A program made the position numbers and the translations under genes. The notes beneath the pieces are model-generated. The model was not told where the DNA came from and ran no database searches. It saw nothing but the letters and a program-made list of their open reading frames with translations. DNA of 37,731 nucleotides from Acidobacteriota bacterium (lineage in GTDB: Bacteria; Acidobacteriota; Blastocatellia; Pyrinomonadales; Pyrinomonadaceae). How positions within the stretch are numbered: the first letter of the stretch is position 1; each line of letters begins with the position of its first letter. Below are positions 16,560 to 26,590 of this stretch, one piece after another. The stretch lies in assembly GCA_029862725.1 (NCBI GenBank), contig JAOTWT010000001.1, positions 1-37,731 on the forward strand, given 5' to 3'.

Positions 16560-17366
16560 ATGAAATTGAAAGCCGGAAAATTTTACGGAAAAACGTCCCG
16601 TACCTTTACCGGAGGGGGGCTTCGATTTACCGAAAAATCCTATAATACCTACGCGAAACTTCCCGTTCATGCTCATGAACTTCCGCATTTTTGTCTCGTG
16701 CTTGCAGGTAATTACAACGAAACGATTGGCAGCCAGAATTTCGAGAGACAACCGATGGCGCTCGTGTATTACCCGCCTGATGTAAGCCATTCCGAAGAAC
16801 ATTTCAAAAACGGCAGGCATTTCCTCGTCGAATTCGATTTCGAATGCCTGGATCGGGTCAGAAATTATGGTGCCACGCTGGACAGGCCGCTTTTCCTAAA
16901 CGCAAGGCCGTCGCTTGAGATCGCGCTTCGCATGTATAAAGAATTCAGCAACCGTGACGATTTGTCGGCGCTGGCGCTCGAGAGTATTGCAATGGAACTT
17001 CTTATCGCGACTTCAAGGCAAAAACCCGGCAAGAGCGATCAAGAACCGCCAAAGTGGCTGAAGAGGGCCAAGGAATATCTTGACGAGTATTACCGGGAGG
17101 CCCCGGGGCTGACCGAATTGGCGGCAGCCGTCGAAGTCCACCCGACCCACCTCGCGAGAGTATTCCGAAAGTTTGAGGACTGTACTGCGGGCGATTATTT
17201 GCGAAATGTGCGCATAAGGAAAGCACGCCACGAACTGCTTTCGACAAAAACACCTCTGGTCGATATTGCCCTCGATACGGGTTTCTCCGATCAGGCGCAT
17301 TTCAGCCGGTCATTCAAAAAAGCTACCGGGATGACCCCCTCGAAATTTCGCTCGACCTTTGCCTGA
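16560..17366 (+). CDS. AraC family transcriptional regulator
   Basis: 268 aa. The C-terminus has the dual HTH (LTELAAAVEVHPTHLARVFRKF...; IALDTGFSDQAHFSRSFKKATGMTPSKFR). The N-terminal part looks cupin-like. Confidence 0.9.
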   Translation: MKLKAGKFYGKTSRTFTGGGLRFTEKSYNTYAKLPVHAHELPHFCLVLAGNYNETIGSQNFERQPMALVYYPPDVSHSEEHFKNGRHFLVEFDFECLDRVRNYGATLDRPLFLNARPSLEIALRMYKEFSNRDDLSALALESIAMELLIATSRQKPGKSDQEPPKWLKRAKEYLDEYYREAPGLTELAAAVEVHPTHLARVFRKFEDCTAGDYLRNVRIRKARHELLSTKTPLVDIALDTGFSDQAHFSRSFKKATGMTPSKFRSTFA

Positions 17367-17490
17367 CGCTAGTCCCATTCAAACCTACTATCCTGATACA
17401 AGAAGCTTGGACCAGGAATAACTAATATCGAATATCATTGGGACCGATTCGGTCCAACCGGCGATTTCGTTTTAATTAAAAGATTAGATT

Positions 17491-18882
17491 ATGAAGTTGA
17501 TATCCGCGACCGTGTTTGTTTCGCTGTTCTTGTACTCGTTTTGTTTCGGACAAGCCCAAAAAACAATAGACACCTCACGAGAAGAATTGAGTCGCAAGAT
17601 ACAGGACGTCATCGACCCGCTGGCTAAATCCAACAATTACGGCGGAACCGTGATTGTTCAAAAGGGCGGGAATTACATCTTCAAGCGTTCGTATGGTTTT
17701 GCCGACCGCGAATCCAAAATCGAACATTCAGCCCAAAGCAAATTCTTTCTCGCGTCAGTTTCGGCGATGTTTACTGCGGCAGCGGTAATGAAGCTCATCG
17801 ATCAGGGAAAATTGTCTCTTGACGATAAACTCTCGAAGTTTGTTCCCGGGATAAAGAATGGAAACAGAATGACGATCCACATTCTGCTCACCGAAAGATC
17901 CGGGATCCCGAGAATCGGTTCGCAAGGAAACGTGAATTACACAACCTTAACTGAGTCTCCACAATCGATCGACGATTTGATCGGACATATCAAGGCTCTG
18001 AATCCGGTTTCCGAACCCGGAGCGAAATATGAACATTCGCGGTCGTCTTACATTTTGTTGGCGAGGGTCATCGAGAAGGTGTCAGGAAAACGGTTTGGAC
18101 AATTTCTCAAAGACGAGGTTTTTATCCCACTTGGTATGAAAAACTCAGGGCATTTTTCAGAGCGGGATGCGCTCGACAAGATACCGAATCTCGCAAAAGG
18201 GTATGTTCAGAAAGGCGTCACGGATCTTTCCCCGGCGCCTGTGCTTCACTGGTCATCAAAGACGGGGCACGCGTCGATCTATTCGACCGCAGAAGATCTT
18301 GAAAAATTCGCAAACGCAGCACTGAACAAAGAATTCTTGAGTGCGGAGTCCTGGAAGAAACTGCAGTCTCCACACGATGGCGACAATGTCGGCTACGGGG
18401 TCTTTACTTCGCCGCAAGGGACCCACAAACGATTCTATATGAGCGGTGGATCGCCCGGGTTCTCGACCTTTTTTGCGGTTTATCCGGATGAAAAACTGGT
18501 CGTGATAATGCTTTCGAATATTCAGATCTTTGTCCCTTATTTTACGGTGCCGACGCTCGCCTCGATCGTCTTCGGCGAACCATACGAAAGACTTAACCTC
18601 GTCACACCGCCGGATGTTGATGAAAAACTCGCAGGCAGGCTTCGCGGCAGTTTCAAATTTGGCGAAGATTTTTACCGCCCGAACGGGACCGTTAGTATTA
18701 CCGCCGAAGGGAACAGGCTTTTCGCCGATGGCGGACCGCTGATACCGATAGACGATGGCAAAGGCGAATTCACAAGATTTATTCACCGCCGGTACTGGTC
18801 CACGCTCGAGTTCAAGAAGAACAGCACGGGCAAGATCGTCGGTCTAAAATTCGATAGTTTTTCGGGCACCCGGATTGAATAA
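17491..18882 (+). CDS. Beta-lactamase-fold serine hydrolase family protein, exported; SxxK lysine replaced (S-V-S-A)
   Basis: 463 aa with signal peptide MKLISATVFVSLFLYSFCFGQA. Family hallmarks are FFLASVSAMFTAAAVMKLIDQGKLSLDDKLSKFVPG and YILLARVIEKVSG. The position of the catalytic Lys is Ala (codons 17755..17766). Confidence 0.85.
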   Translation: MKLISATVFVSLFLYSFCFGQAQKTIDTSREELSRKIQDVIDPLAKSNNYGGTVIVQKGGNYIFKRSYGFADRESKIEHSAQSKFFLASVSAMFTAAAVMKLIDQGKLSLDDKLSKFVPGIKNGNRMTIHILLTERSGIPRIGSQGNVNYTTLTESPQSIDDLIGHIKALNPVSEPGAKYEHSRSSYILLARVIEKVSGKRFGQFLKDEVFIPLGMKNSGHFSERDALDKIPNLAKGYVQKGVTDLSPAPVLHWSSKTGHASIYSTAEDLEKFANAALNKEFLSAESWKKLQSPHDGDNVGYGVFTSPQGTHKRFYMSGGSPGFSTFFAVYPDEKLVVIMLSNIQIFVPYFTVPTLASIVFGEPYERLNLVTPPDVDEKLAGRLRGSFKFGEDFYRPNGTVSITAEGNRLFADGGPLIPIDDGKGEFTRFIHRRYWSTLEFKKNSTGKIVGLKFDSFSGTRIE

Positions 18883-18932
18883 GCCGGGTCCGGCGAACCG
18901 ATCGCGTAAGTTTTCAGTAATGAAGTAAAACA

Positions 18933-20210
18933 ATGAAGAGAATAAACAAACGATCGCTGCTGAATTGGATAACGGTTCTAGGCATACTATCCACGACCTT
19001 ATACGCACAATCTCCAGACGCAAAGGCGATCGATTCCTTCGTCGCGCCCTTTTCCGATGCGAATCATTTCTCCGGTGTAGTACTCGCGGCAAAAGACGGC
19101 AAAGTCTTCTATGAAAAGGCATTCGGTCTGGCCAGTGTCGAGCACGACGTCCCGAATAAGACAACCACGAAATTCGGTATTGCCTCGATAAACAAACCGA
19201 TGACATCGGTTGTTTTGCTCCGCCTTATCGAAGCCGGAAAGATCGGATTCGGAGACAAACTCAGCAAATTTATTCCGGACTTCCCAAAAGGCGACAAGAT
19301 AACGATCGAGATGATCGCACAGCACCGATCCGGGATACCGCATCGGGTGATTCCTGCGGAGGAGCAGGCGAAACGATATACGCCGGCTGAGTTTATCGAG
19401 ATCGTCAAAAAGGCGGAACTCGAGTTTGAACCCGGAACCAAAGACTTGTACAGCTCAGCCGGTTATGCGGTGCTTGCTAGAGTCCTCGAGATCGTTTCGG
19501 GCAGGCCGTTTGATTCGCTGCTTGAGGAATACGTTTTCACCCCGGCCGGAATGAACGATTCGCTCGATTTTGACAGCAGGACGATCATGAAGAACAAGGC
19601 CGAGTGCTATTTTCTAGGGATCGATGGTTATACGGCAGCTCAAAACATGGATTATTCGTTCCTCGTCGGTGCCGGCTCGGTCTTTAGCACCGCCAGAGAT
19701 ATTTACAGGTACGGGATGGCGAACATCGACGGGAAATTCGGGAAGACAGTGCAGCAGTATTATGTCAGGGACGGCGTGTTCCGCAGTAACGGCAGCACAA
19801 ACGGGTACCGCTCAAACATAAGGATCGACAGCAACAAGAAATACGGATACGTGCTTGTCTCAAACCTCGGGTCGGGCGCCAACGACCTGATCCTAAACAA
19901 CCTTCGAAACCTGCTCGAAGGAAAAGAAGTGGTCAAACCCGAGATCCCGAACCCGAAGATCGACAATAAGATCAAAAATACCCTGAACGATTATCCGGGC
20001 CTCTACAAACTGGGCGGAAGCGGTTTCGAAATCCTGACCGAAGACGAACGTCTCTTCGCGGGGCCTTTCAGGCTCTACCCGATCGGCAAAGACAGGTTTT
20101 ACAATTTCTGGAGCTATGCAGAGGTGACTTTTGTAAGGGACTCAACCGGCAGGGTAACCGGACTCCAATGGGTCGGTTCCGGCGGCAAGAGCGACTGGAC
20201 CAGGCAGTAA
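18933..20210 (+). CDS. Beta-lactamase-fold serine hydrolase family protein, exported (intact S-I-N-K)
   Basis: 425 aa with a signal peptide ending in LYAQS. It carries FGIASINKPMTSVVLLRLIEAGKIGFGDKLSKFIPDF and LYSSAGYAVLARVLEIVSG. Confidence 0.88.
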   Translation: MKRINKRSLLNWITVLGILSTTLYAQSPDAKAIDSFVAPFSDANHFSGVVLAAKDGKVFYEKAFGLASVEHDVPNKTTTKFGIASINKPMTSVVLLRLIEAGKIGFGDKLSKFIPDFPKGDKITIEMIAQHRSGIPHRVIPAEEQAKRYTPAEFIEIVKKAELEFEPGTKDLYSSAGYAVLARVLEIVSGRPFDSLLEEYVFTPAGMNDSLDFDSRTIMKNKAECYFLGIDGYTAAQNMDYSFLVGAGSVFSTARDIYRYGMANIDGKFGKTVQQYYVRDGVFRSNGSTNGYRSNIRIDSNKKYGYVLVSNLGSGANDLILNNLRNLLEGKEVVKPEIPNPKIDNKIKNTLNDYPGLYKLGGSGFEILTEDERLFAGPFRLYPIGKDRFYNFWSYAEVTFVRDSTGRVTGLQWVGSGGKSDWTRQ

Positions 20211-20324
20211 GAATGATTGCGACTGATTAAATCGAAAATACGACTAGATGGAGAGCAAAATCCCCCTTGGGTGAAATAACAAGAACCACACAGGCCCGGA
20301 CGAATCTTCGCCGCGCCGATCCGT

Positions 20325-21932
20325 TCAGCCAACTTTTCCCGGTCCGTAGAGTGCCTGGCCGGGCATCCTTCCTGTCATTTCGCTTCCGTCAAAAACCAAC
20401 ACTCCGTTTACTATTACCGCGCTAAAGCCTGCCGCATACTGGTGCGGATTTTCAAACGTCGCCCTGTCCGCAACGGTATTTTCGTCAAAGATCACGATAT
20501 CAGCGGCAAATCCCTGTTTGAGTAAACCGCGGCCATGCAGGCTAAAGGTCTGAGCAGGCAGCGACGTCATTTTTCGAATTGCATCTTCCAGAGAAAGCGT
20601 GCCCAACTCACGCACATATCGTCCCAGAACCCTGGCGTTATTTCCGTAACCGCGCGGATGAGGCACTCCGCGGCCAAACGTCCGTACACCCGAATCTGCC
20701 GCGATCATCGTAAACGGCTGGCGCATAATATTCTGGACGTCCTCTTCAATCATCATGCGGTAGACCATTTGAACGCGGCCGGTCTTGTACATTTCAAATA
20801 TCTGTTCGATCTGGGCATCCAGCTTTTTTGTACCCCGGATTATTTTTGTGATCTCCGCAATATTCTTGCCGTTGAAGGTCGGGTCAGGTTCATAATTGGA
20901 AACATAAGCAAAGCTAAAGTCCTTGAATTTTCTTAATTTCAGGTATTTCTTAATGTCTTGAACGATTCTTTTCCTAATCTCCGGATCTTCGATTCTCTTT
21001 ATACCTTCTTCGCGCCCACCGGCAATCGCCCACTTGGGCAGACGTGCATCAAGCGATGTTGATGATGCGGTGTAAGCATACTGGTCGACAGTTACCTGAA
21101 TGCCGCGCCGCCTGGCATCCTTTACGAGGCCGATCGTCGTTTCACTTTTGCCCCACATTCCCTTGCTGGCGATCTTAAAATGAGAGATCTCTACGGGAAG
21201 CCTCGCGTCTTTGCCGATATTGATCGCTTCTTCAACGGCCTCGACAACGTTCACGCCCTCATCCCGGATGTGACTTGCATAGATACCTTTGTATTTGGCG
21301 GCAATCTTTGCCAATTCGACCACCTCTTCGGTCTTTGCAAATGTTCCCGGAACATAGATCAGCCCGGTTGAGAGGCCAACCGCGCCATCTTTCATCGCGT
21401 TCTCGACGAGCCGGTTCATTTGCTCCTGCTCCTCACTTGTCGGCGGCCGATCGTCGAGACCGACCACTTCTTCGCGCACCGCACCGTGAGCAATCAGTGT
21501 CGCCAGGTTCACCGCCAGCGGCTCTTCTTTCACACGTCCGAGAAACTTGCCGGAGTAAACAACAGAATTTCCGCAGTTTCCGGTAACGAGGGACGTTATT
21601 CCCATTCTGATAAAGTTCTCTGCTTTTGGGTTTTTGTAAATTGCCTCGGTATGAGCGTGGACGTCGATAAAACCCGGTGAGACTATTCGATTTCCGGCGT
21701 CAATTGTCTGCTTCGCAGAAACGGACGCAAAATCGCCAATGCCCGCTATTCTGCCGTCCTTTACCGCTATCGAACCGCGGTACCAGGGATTGCCGGTCCC
21801 ATCGACTATCCGCGCGTTAATGATCAGGAGATCGTATTCTTCCCGTCCGCGGGAATCGACGGGCAGCACCTCGATGAAAACAATGCAGCATAAGAATACA
21901 AATAAGATCAATCGTTTCATCGTCATTCCCAA
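20325..21932 (-). CDS. N-acyl-D-amino-acid deacylase (D-aminoacylase) family amidohydrolase, exported
   Basis: 535 aa with a signal peptide. DLLIINARIVDGTGNPWYRGSIAVKDGRIAGIGD, SPGFIDVHAHTE and ADIVIFD are typical of the D-aminoacylase family. Confidence 0.85.
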   Translation of the reverse strand: MGMTMKRLILFVFLCCIVFIEVLPVDSRGREEYDLLIINARIVDGTGNPWYRGSIAVKDGRIAGIGDFASVSAKQTIDAGNRIVSPGFIDVHAHTEAIYKNPKAENFIRMGITSLVTGNCGNSVVYSGKFLGRVKEEPLAVNLATLIAHGAVREEVVGLDDRPPTSEEQEQMNRLVENAMKDGAVGLSTGLIYVPGTFAKTEEVVELAKIAAKYKGIYASHIRDEGVNVVEAVEEAINIGKDARLPVEISHFKIASKGMWGKSETTIGLVKDARRRGIQVTVDQYAYTASSTSLDARLPKWAIAGGREEGIKRIEDPEIRKRIVQDIKKYLKLRKFKDFSFAYVSNYEPDPTFNGKNIAEITKIIRGTKKLDAQIEQIFEMYKTGRVQMVYRMMIEEDVQNIMRQPFTMIAADSGVRTFGRGVPHPRGYGNNARVLGRYVRELGTLSLEDAIRKMTSLPAQTFSLHGRGLLKQGFAADIVIFDENTVADRATFENPHQYAAGFSAVIVNGVLVFDGSEMTGRMPGQALYGPGKVG

Positions 21933-21935
21933 TCC

Positions 21936-23069
21936 TTAGTTACGGTCTGAATTGATAAGATCCAGCGCATTTTGTGCTGCGATCGCCATTAGCTCCTGCT
22001 CGTGGCCCACTCCTGGAACGTCAATCATTCGCCAGTTTGTGTCAGGGTTTATCGATCTCATTCTCTCAATCATGAATCCGGCCCGCTCGTATCTTGTCTT
22101 GCCCTGAACATCCGCCTCGGGGGTTTGCCGTAAGTTTGGGGTTCGCTCCGTATCTTCGGTCCCACGCAGAAGTAACACATTTCGTCTTGACCACGCTATC
22201 AGGTCATTTTGAGTAAAGGCCAGTTTCGGGTGTTTAAACCCATACGGGAATTCGGCGTTCAGATCCGGCAGAGTATACCAACCGGCGTTTGCCGCAATTG
22301 CGATCCTGAATTTCGAATTTGGCATAAAAATCGCAAATCGGTGAACAAACTGGGCTCCGGCGGAATGTCCGAAAATATCGAAATCGTCTCCTCGGAGATC
22401 CAGTTCATTCTTGACCGTCATATAAATGTCTTCGACGATTTGGTAAGACCACTTCGATCGTGCATTTACCTTTTTCCAACCCGAGTTTCCCGCAAAAACG
22501 TTGCCAAGATTATACGATCCCGATCCCTTCCAGTTCTCATTATCGAATTCCGGGCACACGATGACATGTTGGTTTTCACGACCCCATTTTTCCCATGAGG
22601 CTATGTATTCATCAGCGTTACGGCCAAGGCCGTGCATTACAAACAAGATCCTCGAATCCCGATGCAAAGAAGCCGGAACGAGAATATACGTGCGGACGGC
22701 CGGATTACCTTCACTCTGATAGAAAAATGTTGAAACCCTGTCTGCTTCGAGTACCGTAACTCTAAATGTGCGTGAAAAGGATTTCCCCCTGGCGACGAGG
22801 CGGTAGATCGTGGTCTTGTTTTTTGATTTAGTAAGCTGAAACTCGGATTTCTCACCGCTAGCGAAAGCAACATTCTTGACTACGTTCGATTTTCCGCTCT
22901 TTTCATCGATTTCCTCGCGGTCGACGGTCCAGGACGTCGCATCCTTGACCTCAAATGAATGAGTGCCCGCGAGCCTGAATTGGGCCGGCTCCGGGGACTG
23001 TGCGAATATCCGCGTGCAGCATAAAACAAGCGTGGCTATGACAACAAATCTTACCGGTCTGGTTCGCAT
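21936..23069 (-). CDS. Alpha/beta hydrolase (esterase/depolymerase-like), exported
   Basis: 377 aa with signal peptide ...CCTRIFAQS. It has FVMHGLGRNADEY and the nucleophile elbow IFGHSAGAQF. The stop lies 3 nt before the D-aminoacylase start. Confidence 0.7.
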   Translation of the reverse strand: MRTRPVRFVVIATLVLCCTRIFAQSPEPAQFRLAGTHSFEVKDATSWTVDREEIDEKSGKSNVVKNVAFASGEKSEFQLTKSKNKTTIYRLVARGKSFSRTFRVTVLEADRVSTFFYQSEGNPAVRTYILVPASLHRDSRILFVMHGLGRNADEYIASWEKWGRENQHVIVCPEFDNENWKGSGSYNLGNVFAGNSGWKKVNARSKWSYQIVEDIYMTVKNELDLRGDDFDIFGHSAGAQFVHRFAIFMPNSKFRIAIAANAGWYTLPDLNAEFPYGFKHPKLAFTQNDLIAWSRRNVLLLRGTEDTERTPNLRQTPEADVQGKTRYERAGFMIERMRSINPDTNWRMIDVPGVGHEQELMAIAAQNALDLINSDRN

Positions 23070-23074
23070 CTTTA

Positions 23075-24550
23075 TTACTTGATCAACGCCTTAAACGGTT
23101 CCGGATACGGGGTAACATCAAAACCCCAGATCACGGGTAACAAAAAGTAAACAATTGCCGAGAGAAGCAAAATTGAAAGCGTGTTCATCCAGATTCCGGT
23201 CTTAACCATATCCGGTATCTTCAGATAACCTGATCCGAAGACAACCGCATTCGGAGGTGTCGCAACCGGAAGCATAAACGCGCAGGATGCCGCAACAGTC
23301 GCCGCGACCATAAGCAAAAGAGGATGCACGTCGATAGAAAGTGCCATCGGCGCCAGAATCGGCAATAACATTGCCGTTGTTGCGAGGTTGCTCGTTATTT
23401 CCGTCAGAAGATTTACCGCGGTAATCAGTGCCAGCACGACAAGTATGATCGAAACGCCCTGCAGCAAAGTTATCTGTCCGCCCAGCCATTTCGCCAGGCC
23501 GCTGTTCTGAAATCCTGAGGCCAATGCCATGCCGCCCCCAAACAGCAAAAGAATTCCCCAAGGTAACCTGACCGCCTCCTCCCAATTAATTATTCTTTTT
23601 CCCTTTTTGCTTGCGGGCAGTATGAAGAGCAAGATTGCGGCGAATACTGCGATGATCGTATCGTCAATTGCAGGAATAAATTGCTTTAGCAGGAATGAAC
23701 GGGTTATCCAGGCGAAGGCGGTTAGCATAAATACCCCAAGCACGACTTTTTCTTCAAATGACATTTTTCCCAATTCATCCAGCTGTCTCTTGATCTCCGC
23801 TTCGCCGCCTGGGAACTCCCGTTGCTTAAAACTGAAAGCGAAGCGCGTCAGATAAGTCCAGCAAATTATCAATAGGAGAATTGAAATCGGAAGGCCAAAT
23901 ATAATCCACCTGGAAAAAGTGATTTCAATACCGTATGTTTCCTGCAAAACACCGGCTAAGACCAGATTCGGCGGGGTTCCGATAAGCGTGGAGATCCCTC
24001 CGATCGTCGCGCTGTAAGCGATCGCCAGCATCAGTGCTTTTCCAAAAATCAAATTCTCATTTTCAACCGTTTCCGGGTTGTCTCGCAGTTGAGTAACGAT
24101 CGCCATCCCGATCGGCAGCATCATCACTGTTGTGGCGGTATTTGAGATCCACATCGACATAAACGCCGTGGCTATCATAAAACCAAGGATAATTCTGACA
24201 ACATCCGTGCCAACGAGCTTGATAATCGAAAGTGAGATTCGCCTGTGCAAATTCCATTTCTCGATTGCGATCGCAAGGATAAATCCCCCGATATAAAGAA
24301 AAATATATCGATGACCGAAGGAGGCAGTCGTGTCATTTAACGAAAGTCCGCCCGTAATCGGGAAAAGAATGATCGGCAGTAACGCCGTGACGGCGATCGG
24401 CATTGCTTCGGAAATCCACCAGACAGCCACCCACGCTGTTGAAGCCAGGATTGCGTTGGCTTCAGATGAAAGCCCTTCCGGCCGGAAAAACAACAGGATC
24501 GCGAAAAACACTATTGGCCCGGCTATTAACCCGATCTTTTTTGTATCCAT
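23075..24550 (-). CDS. DASS/SLC13 family anion (di-/tricarboxylate or sulfate) : sodium symporter
   Basis: 491 aa and polytopic. It has the duplicated SNTA motifs (WISNTATTVMMLPI and EITSNLATTAMLLPI) and PPNAVVFGSG. Confidence 0.88.
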   Translation of the reverse strand: MDTKKIGLIAGPIVFFAILLFFRPEGLSSEANAILASTAWVAVWWISEAMPIAVTALLPIILFPITGGLSLNDTTASFGHRYIFLYIGGFILAIAIEKWNLHRRISLSIIKLVGTDVVRIILGFMIATAFMSMWISNTATTVMMLPIGMAIVTQLRDNPETVENENLIFGKALMLAIAYSATIGGISTLIGTPPNLVLAGVLQETYGIEITFSRWIIFGLPISILLLIICWTYLTRFAFSFKQREFPGGEAEIKRQLDELGKMSFEEKVVLGVFMLTAFAWITRSFLLKQFIPAIDDTIIAVFAAILLFILPASKKGKRIINWEEAVRLPWGILLLFGGGMALASGFQNSGLAKWLGGQITLLQGVSIILVVLALITAVNLLTEITSNLATTAMLLPILAPMALSIDVHPLLLMVAATVAASCAFMLPVATPPNAVVFGSGYLKIPDMVKTGIWMNTLSILLLSAIVYFLLPVIWGFDVTPYPEPFKALIK

Positions 24551-24618
24551 AATTGTTTAAAACCGCGGCTCCAGCTATTTGGGTCACCACGCTGCTCAAC
24601 AGCATCCATAAGGTCTTT

Positions 24619-26475
24619 TCACCGGATCCCGGTTTCTTCGCTTTCTGCCCGTTCTATTTGCAGGGTCTTGATGTAACTCTGGTAGTAGAACTCAATTCTC
24701 TCTTTATAGCCGGCACGGTCAACAAACCGTTTCGGATCATAGGGGTCGCCCGGTTTATGCTTCTTGTGCAAATCGAAATGGCTTGCGTGGGAAGACACCC
24801 AAATATCGAAATTCATCTTCCTTTGGGCCGCGAACGTTTTAGCGTAGCTTTTGGCAATATTTGGAAACAGCGGCATGCCGAGCAATCTTACTCCGCGGCT
24901 GGTATTGACGCTTCCCATGTTTACGATCAAGACCCTGTACTTTTTGTTTTGATCTTTTGTCGTAAATGAAAAACTGCTGGCACCCTTTGTATGGCCCGGA
25001 TGGTGGTGCAGTTTGAGTTTGGTTCCGCCGAGACGGATCTTATCGCCCTGCCTGAGCACGCGGTCCACTTTGACGGGTTCAAACACGGCGCCCCCAAACT
25101 CGGCGGAGAATTCCAAAGGGTTTGAATTGAAGAATTGATGAACTCCGCCCGATTCAAGCACGGGGGCGTCGTCCTTGTGCACCATCAAGCGGGCGCCCGT
25201 GCGCCTTTTTATTTCGGAGAACGCGGCGACGTGGTCCCAATGGGCCTGGGTGGTGAGGAGAATTTTTATATCGGAGAATCTAAATCCAAGAGATTCAACG
25301 CTTGATTGGATATCCGAAGCGGAATCATAAACCCCTGTATTTACGAGAATGTGTCCATTAGGCGTCGTAATTAGATACGACGCCAGTTCGTATCCGCCCA
25401 CATAGTACAGATTTCCTACGATCCGAAAAGGCGGGTACATTCTGGTCCAGCTTTCATTTGTTATCGGGAGGCGGGAGAATTTTTCCGTTGGAAACGCACA
25501 CTTTAGCGCGTCGATAACAGGGCGCCACGATTTACTATCCTGCCGAATCCCCGGTTCCTGCTCGATATGTATAAACCGTCCCGGTTCGGGTGAGGTTTCG
25601 GCATACTCATTACAGGCTGCAGGTCCTTTCCCATTTGAGTAGCGTCCCTGAACATTCGTTCTGGCAATCAACGGACAGGCAGATGTTTTTCCGTCGTAGA
25701 TAGCAGCATCGACCTCGTTTCGGATCAGGCACTCCAGGAGTTTTCGTGAATTAGTGGTGACAGCTTTAGAACCCGAGCTCATAAACACGTTTGGGCAAAC
25801 CTCACGGCTTTTCATGCCATGAATCTGGACCGTCACCGTTTCCGGATATTTATCAGACAATACCTCGTGAGTTTTGTGAAACATGGTTTGGGTATTGTGA
25901 GCGACATCCGATTCCGCATACCTGCTATTTTCGGTTGCCTGCGTGCAACCGCTCAGAGTTTCGTTTGCGCGCCGGTGGGTTCCGGCCAATAAAAAGGCCT
26001 TTGCTCCGGTTTGAAGAAATGCTTCGATGCCTTCGTTTTCCGTGTTTTCGTCCGAGATCGCATGCGGTACCTCTATAATCAAACGGCTTTTCGAGTCCGG
26101 GTCAAAAACAAAAAACCCCCATCCGTTTTTGAAAGGGCTTTCTTCCAGCAATAGAAACTCCCTCTCGGTCGAATCGTCGGTAAACCTCGTGATCTTGTAT
26201 GGAAATGACTGGCTCTTGATAATTTCGAAGGCTTTGCCGGGCTGTTTGTCGAGAATGTTATTGAGCATCTCTTCCCATGCGGTTTTTTGACCATCCGTCG
26301 GGACTTTGAACTGGTTTGATCCCTCGCCAGGTTGGCTCTTCGCTATGTCGCTTACCTTTTTTGTCAGACTGCCCCTTTGCGTTTCGATCCCGGCACCATC
26401 GTCGATTCCCTCAACAACGGGTGCGTGCGCAAGACTCACAAAGAGTAATGAAATTGAAATAAAGAGCTGATACAT
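24619..26475 (-). CDS. Exported two-domain protein: unknown ~330-aa N-terminal domain fused to a subclass B3-like metallo-beta-lactamase domain (Q-x-H-x-D-H variant)
   Basis: The start was moved to the ATG at 26475 (MYQLFISISLLFVSLAHA signal peptide). The longer track ORF would run through the terminator hairpins. The C-terminal half has FRIVGNLYYVGGYELASYLITTPNGHILVNTG, TTQAHWDH, HHHPGHTKGASSF and VSSHASHFD. The N-terminal half has LIIEVPHAISDENT..LLAGTHR..SDVAH..VQIHGM. Confidence 0.8.
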   Translation of the reverse strand: MYQLFISISLLFVSLAHAPVVEGIDDGAGIETQRGSLTKKVSDIAKSQPGEGSNQFKVPTDGQKTAWEEMLNNILDKQPGKAFEIIKSQSFPYKITRFTDDSTEREFLLLEESPFKNGWGFFVFDPDSKSRLIIEVPHAISDENTENEGIEAFLQTGAKAFLLAGTHRRANETLSGCTQATENSRYAESDVAHNTQTMFHKTHEVLSDKYPETVTVQIHGMKSREVCPNVFMSSGSKAVTTNSRKLLECLIRNEVDAAIYDGKTSACPLIARTNVQGRYSNGKGPAACNEYAETSPEPGRFIHIEQEPGIRQDSKSWRPVIDALKCAFPTEKFSRLPITNESWTRMYPPFRIVGNLYYVGGYELASYLITTPNGHILVNTGVYDSASDIQSSVESLGFRFSDIKILLTTQAHWDHVAAFSEIKRRTGARLMVHKDDAPVLESGGVHQFFNSNPLEFSAEFGGAVFEPVKVDRVLRQGDKIRLGGTKLKLHHHPGHTKGASSFSFTTKDQNKKYRVLIVNMGSVNTSRGVRLLGMPLFPNIAKSYAKTFAAQRKMNFDIWVSSHASHFDLHKKHKPGDPYDPKRFVDRAGYKERIEFYYQSYIKTLQIERAESEETGIR

Positions 26476-26490
26476 CCTGTGCTTAGATTT

Positions 26491-26537
26491 AAAAGAAAGG
26501 GGGAAGGAAAGCCACCGGCATGACTTCAGCTTCCCCC
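26491..26537 (-). terminator. Putative intrinsic terminator between the TonB receptor gene and the MBL-fusion gene
   Basis: The minus-strand RNA reads GGGGGAAG...(23 nt, partly paired)...CUUCCCCC followed by UUUUCUUUU. Confidence 0.45.
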
Positions 26538-26590
26538 TTGATTTGATTTGATCCGGCACTCCGGCGTTACGCGCGGGCCGCCAGGTTAGC

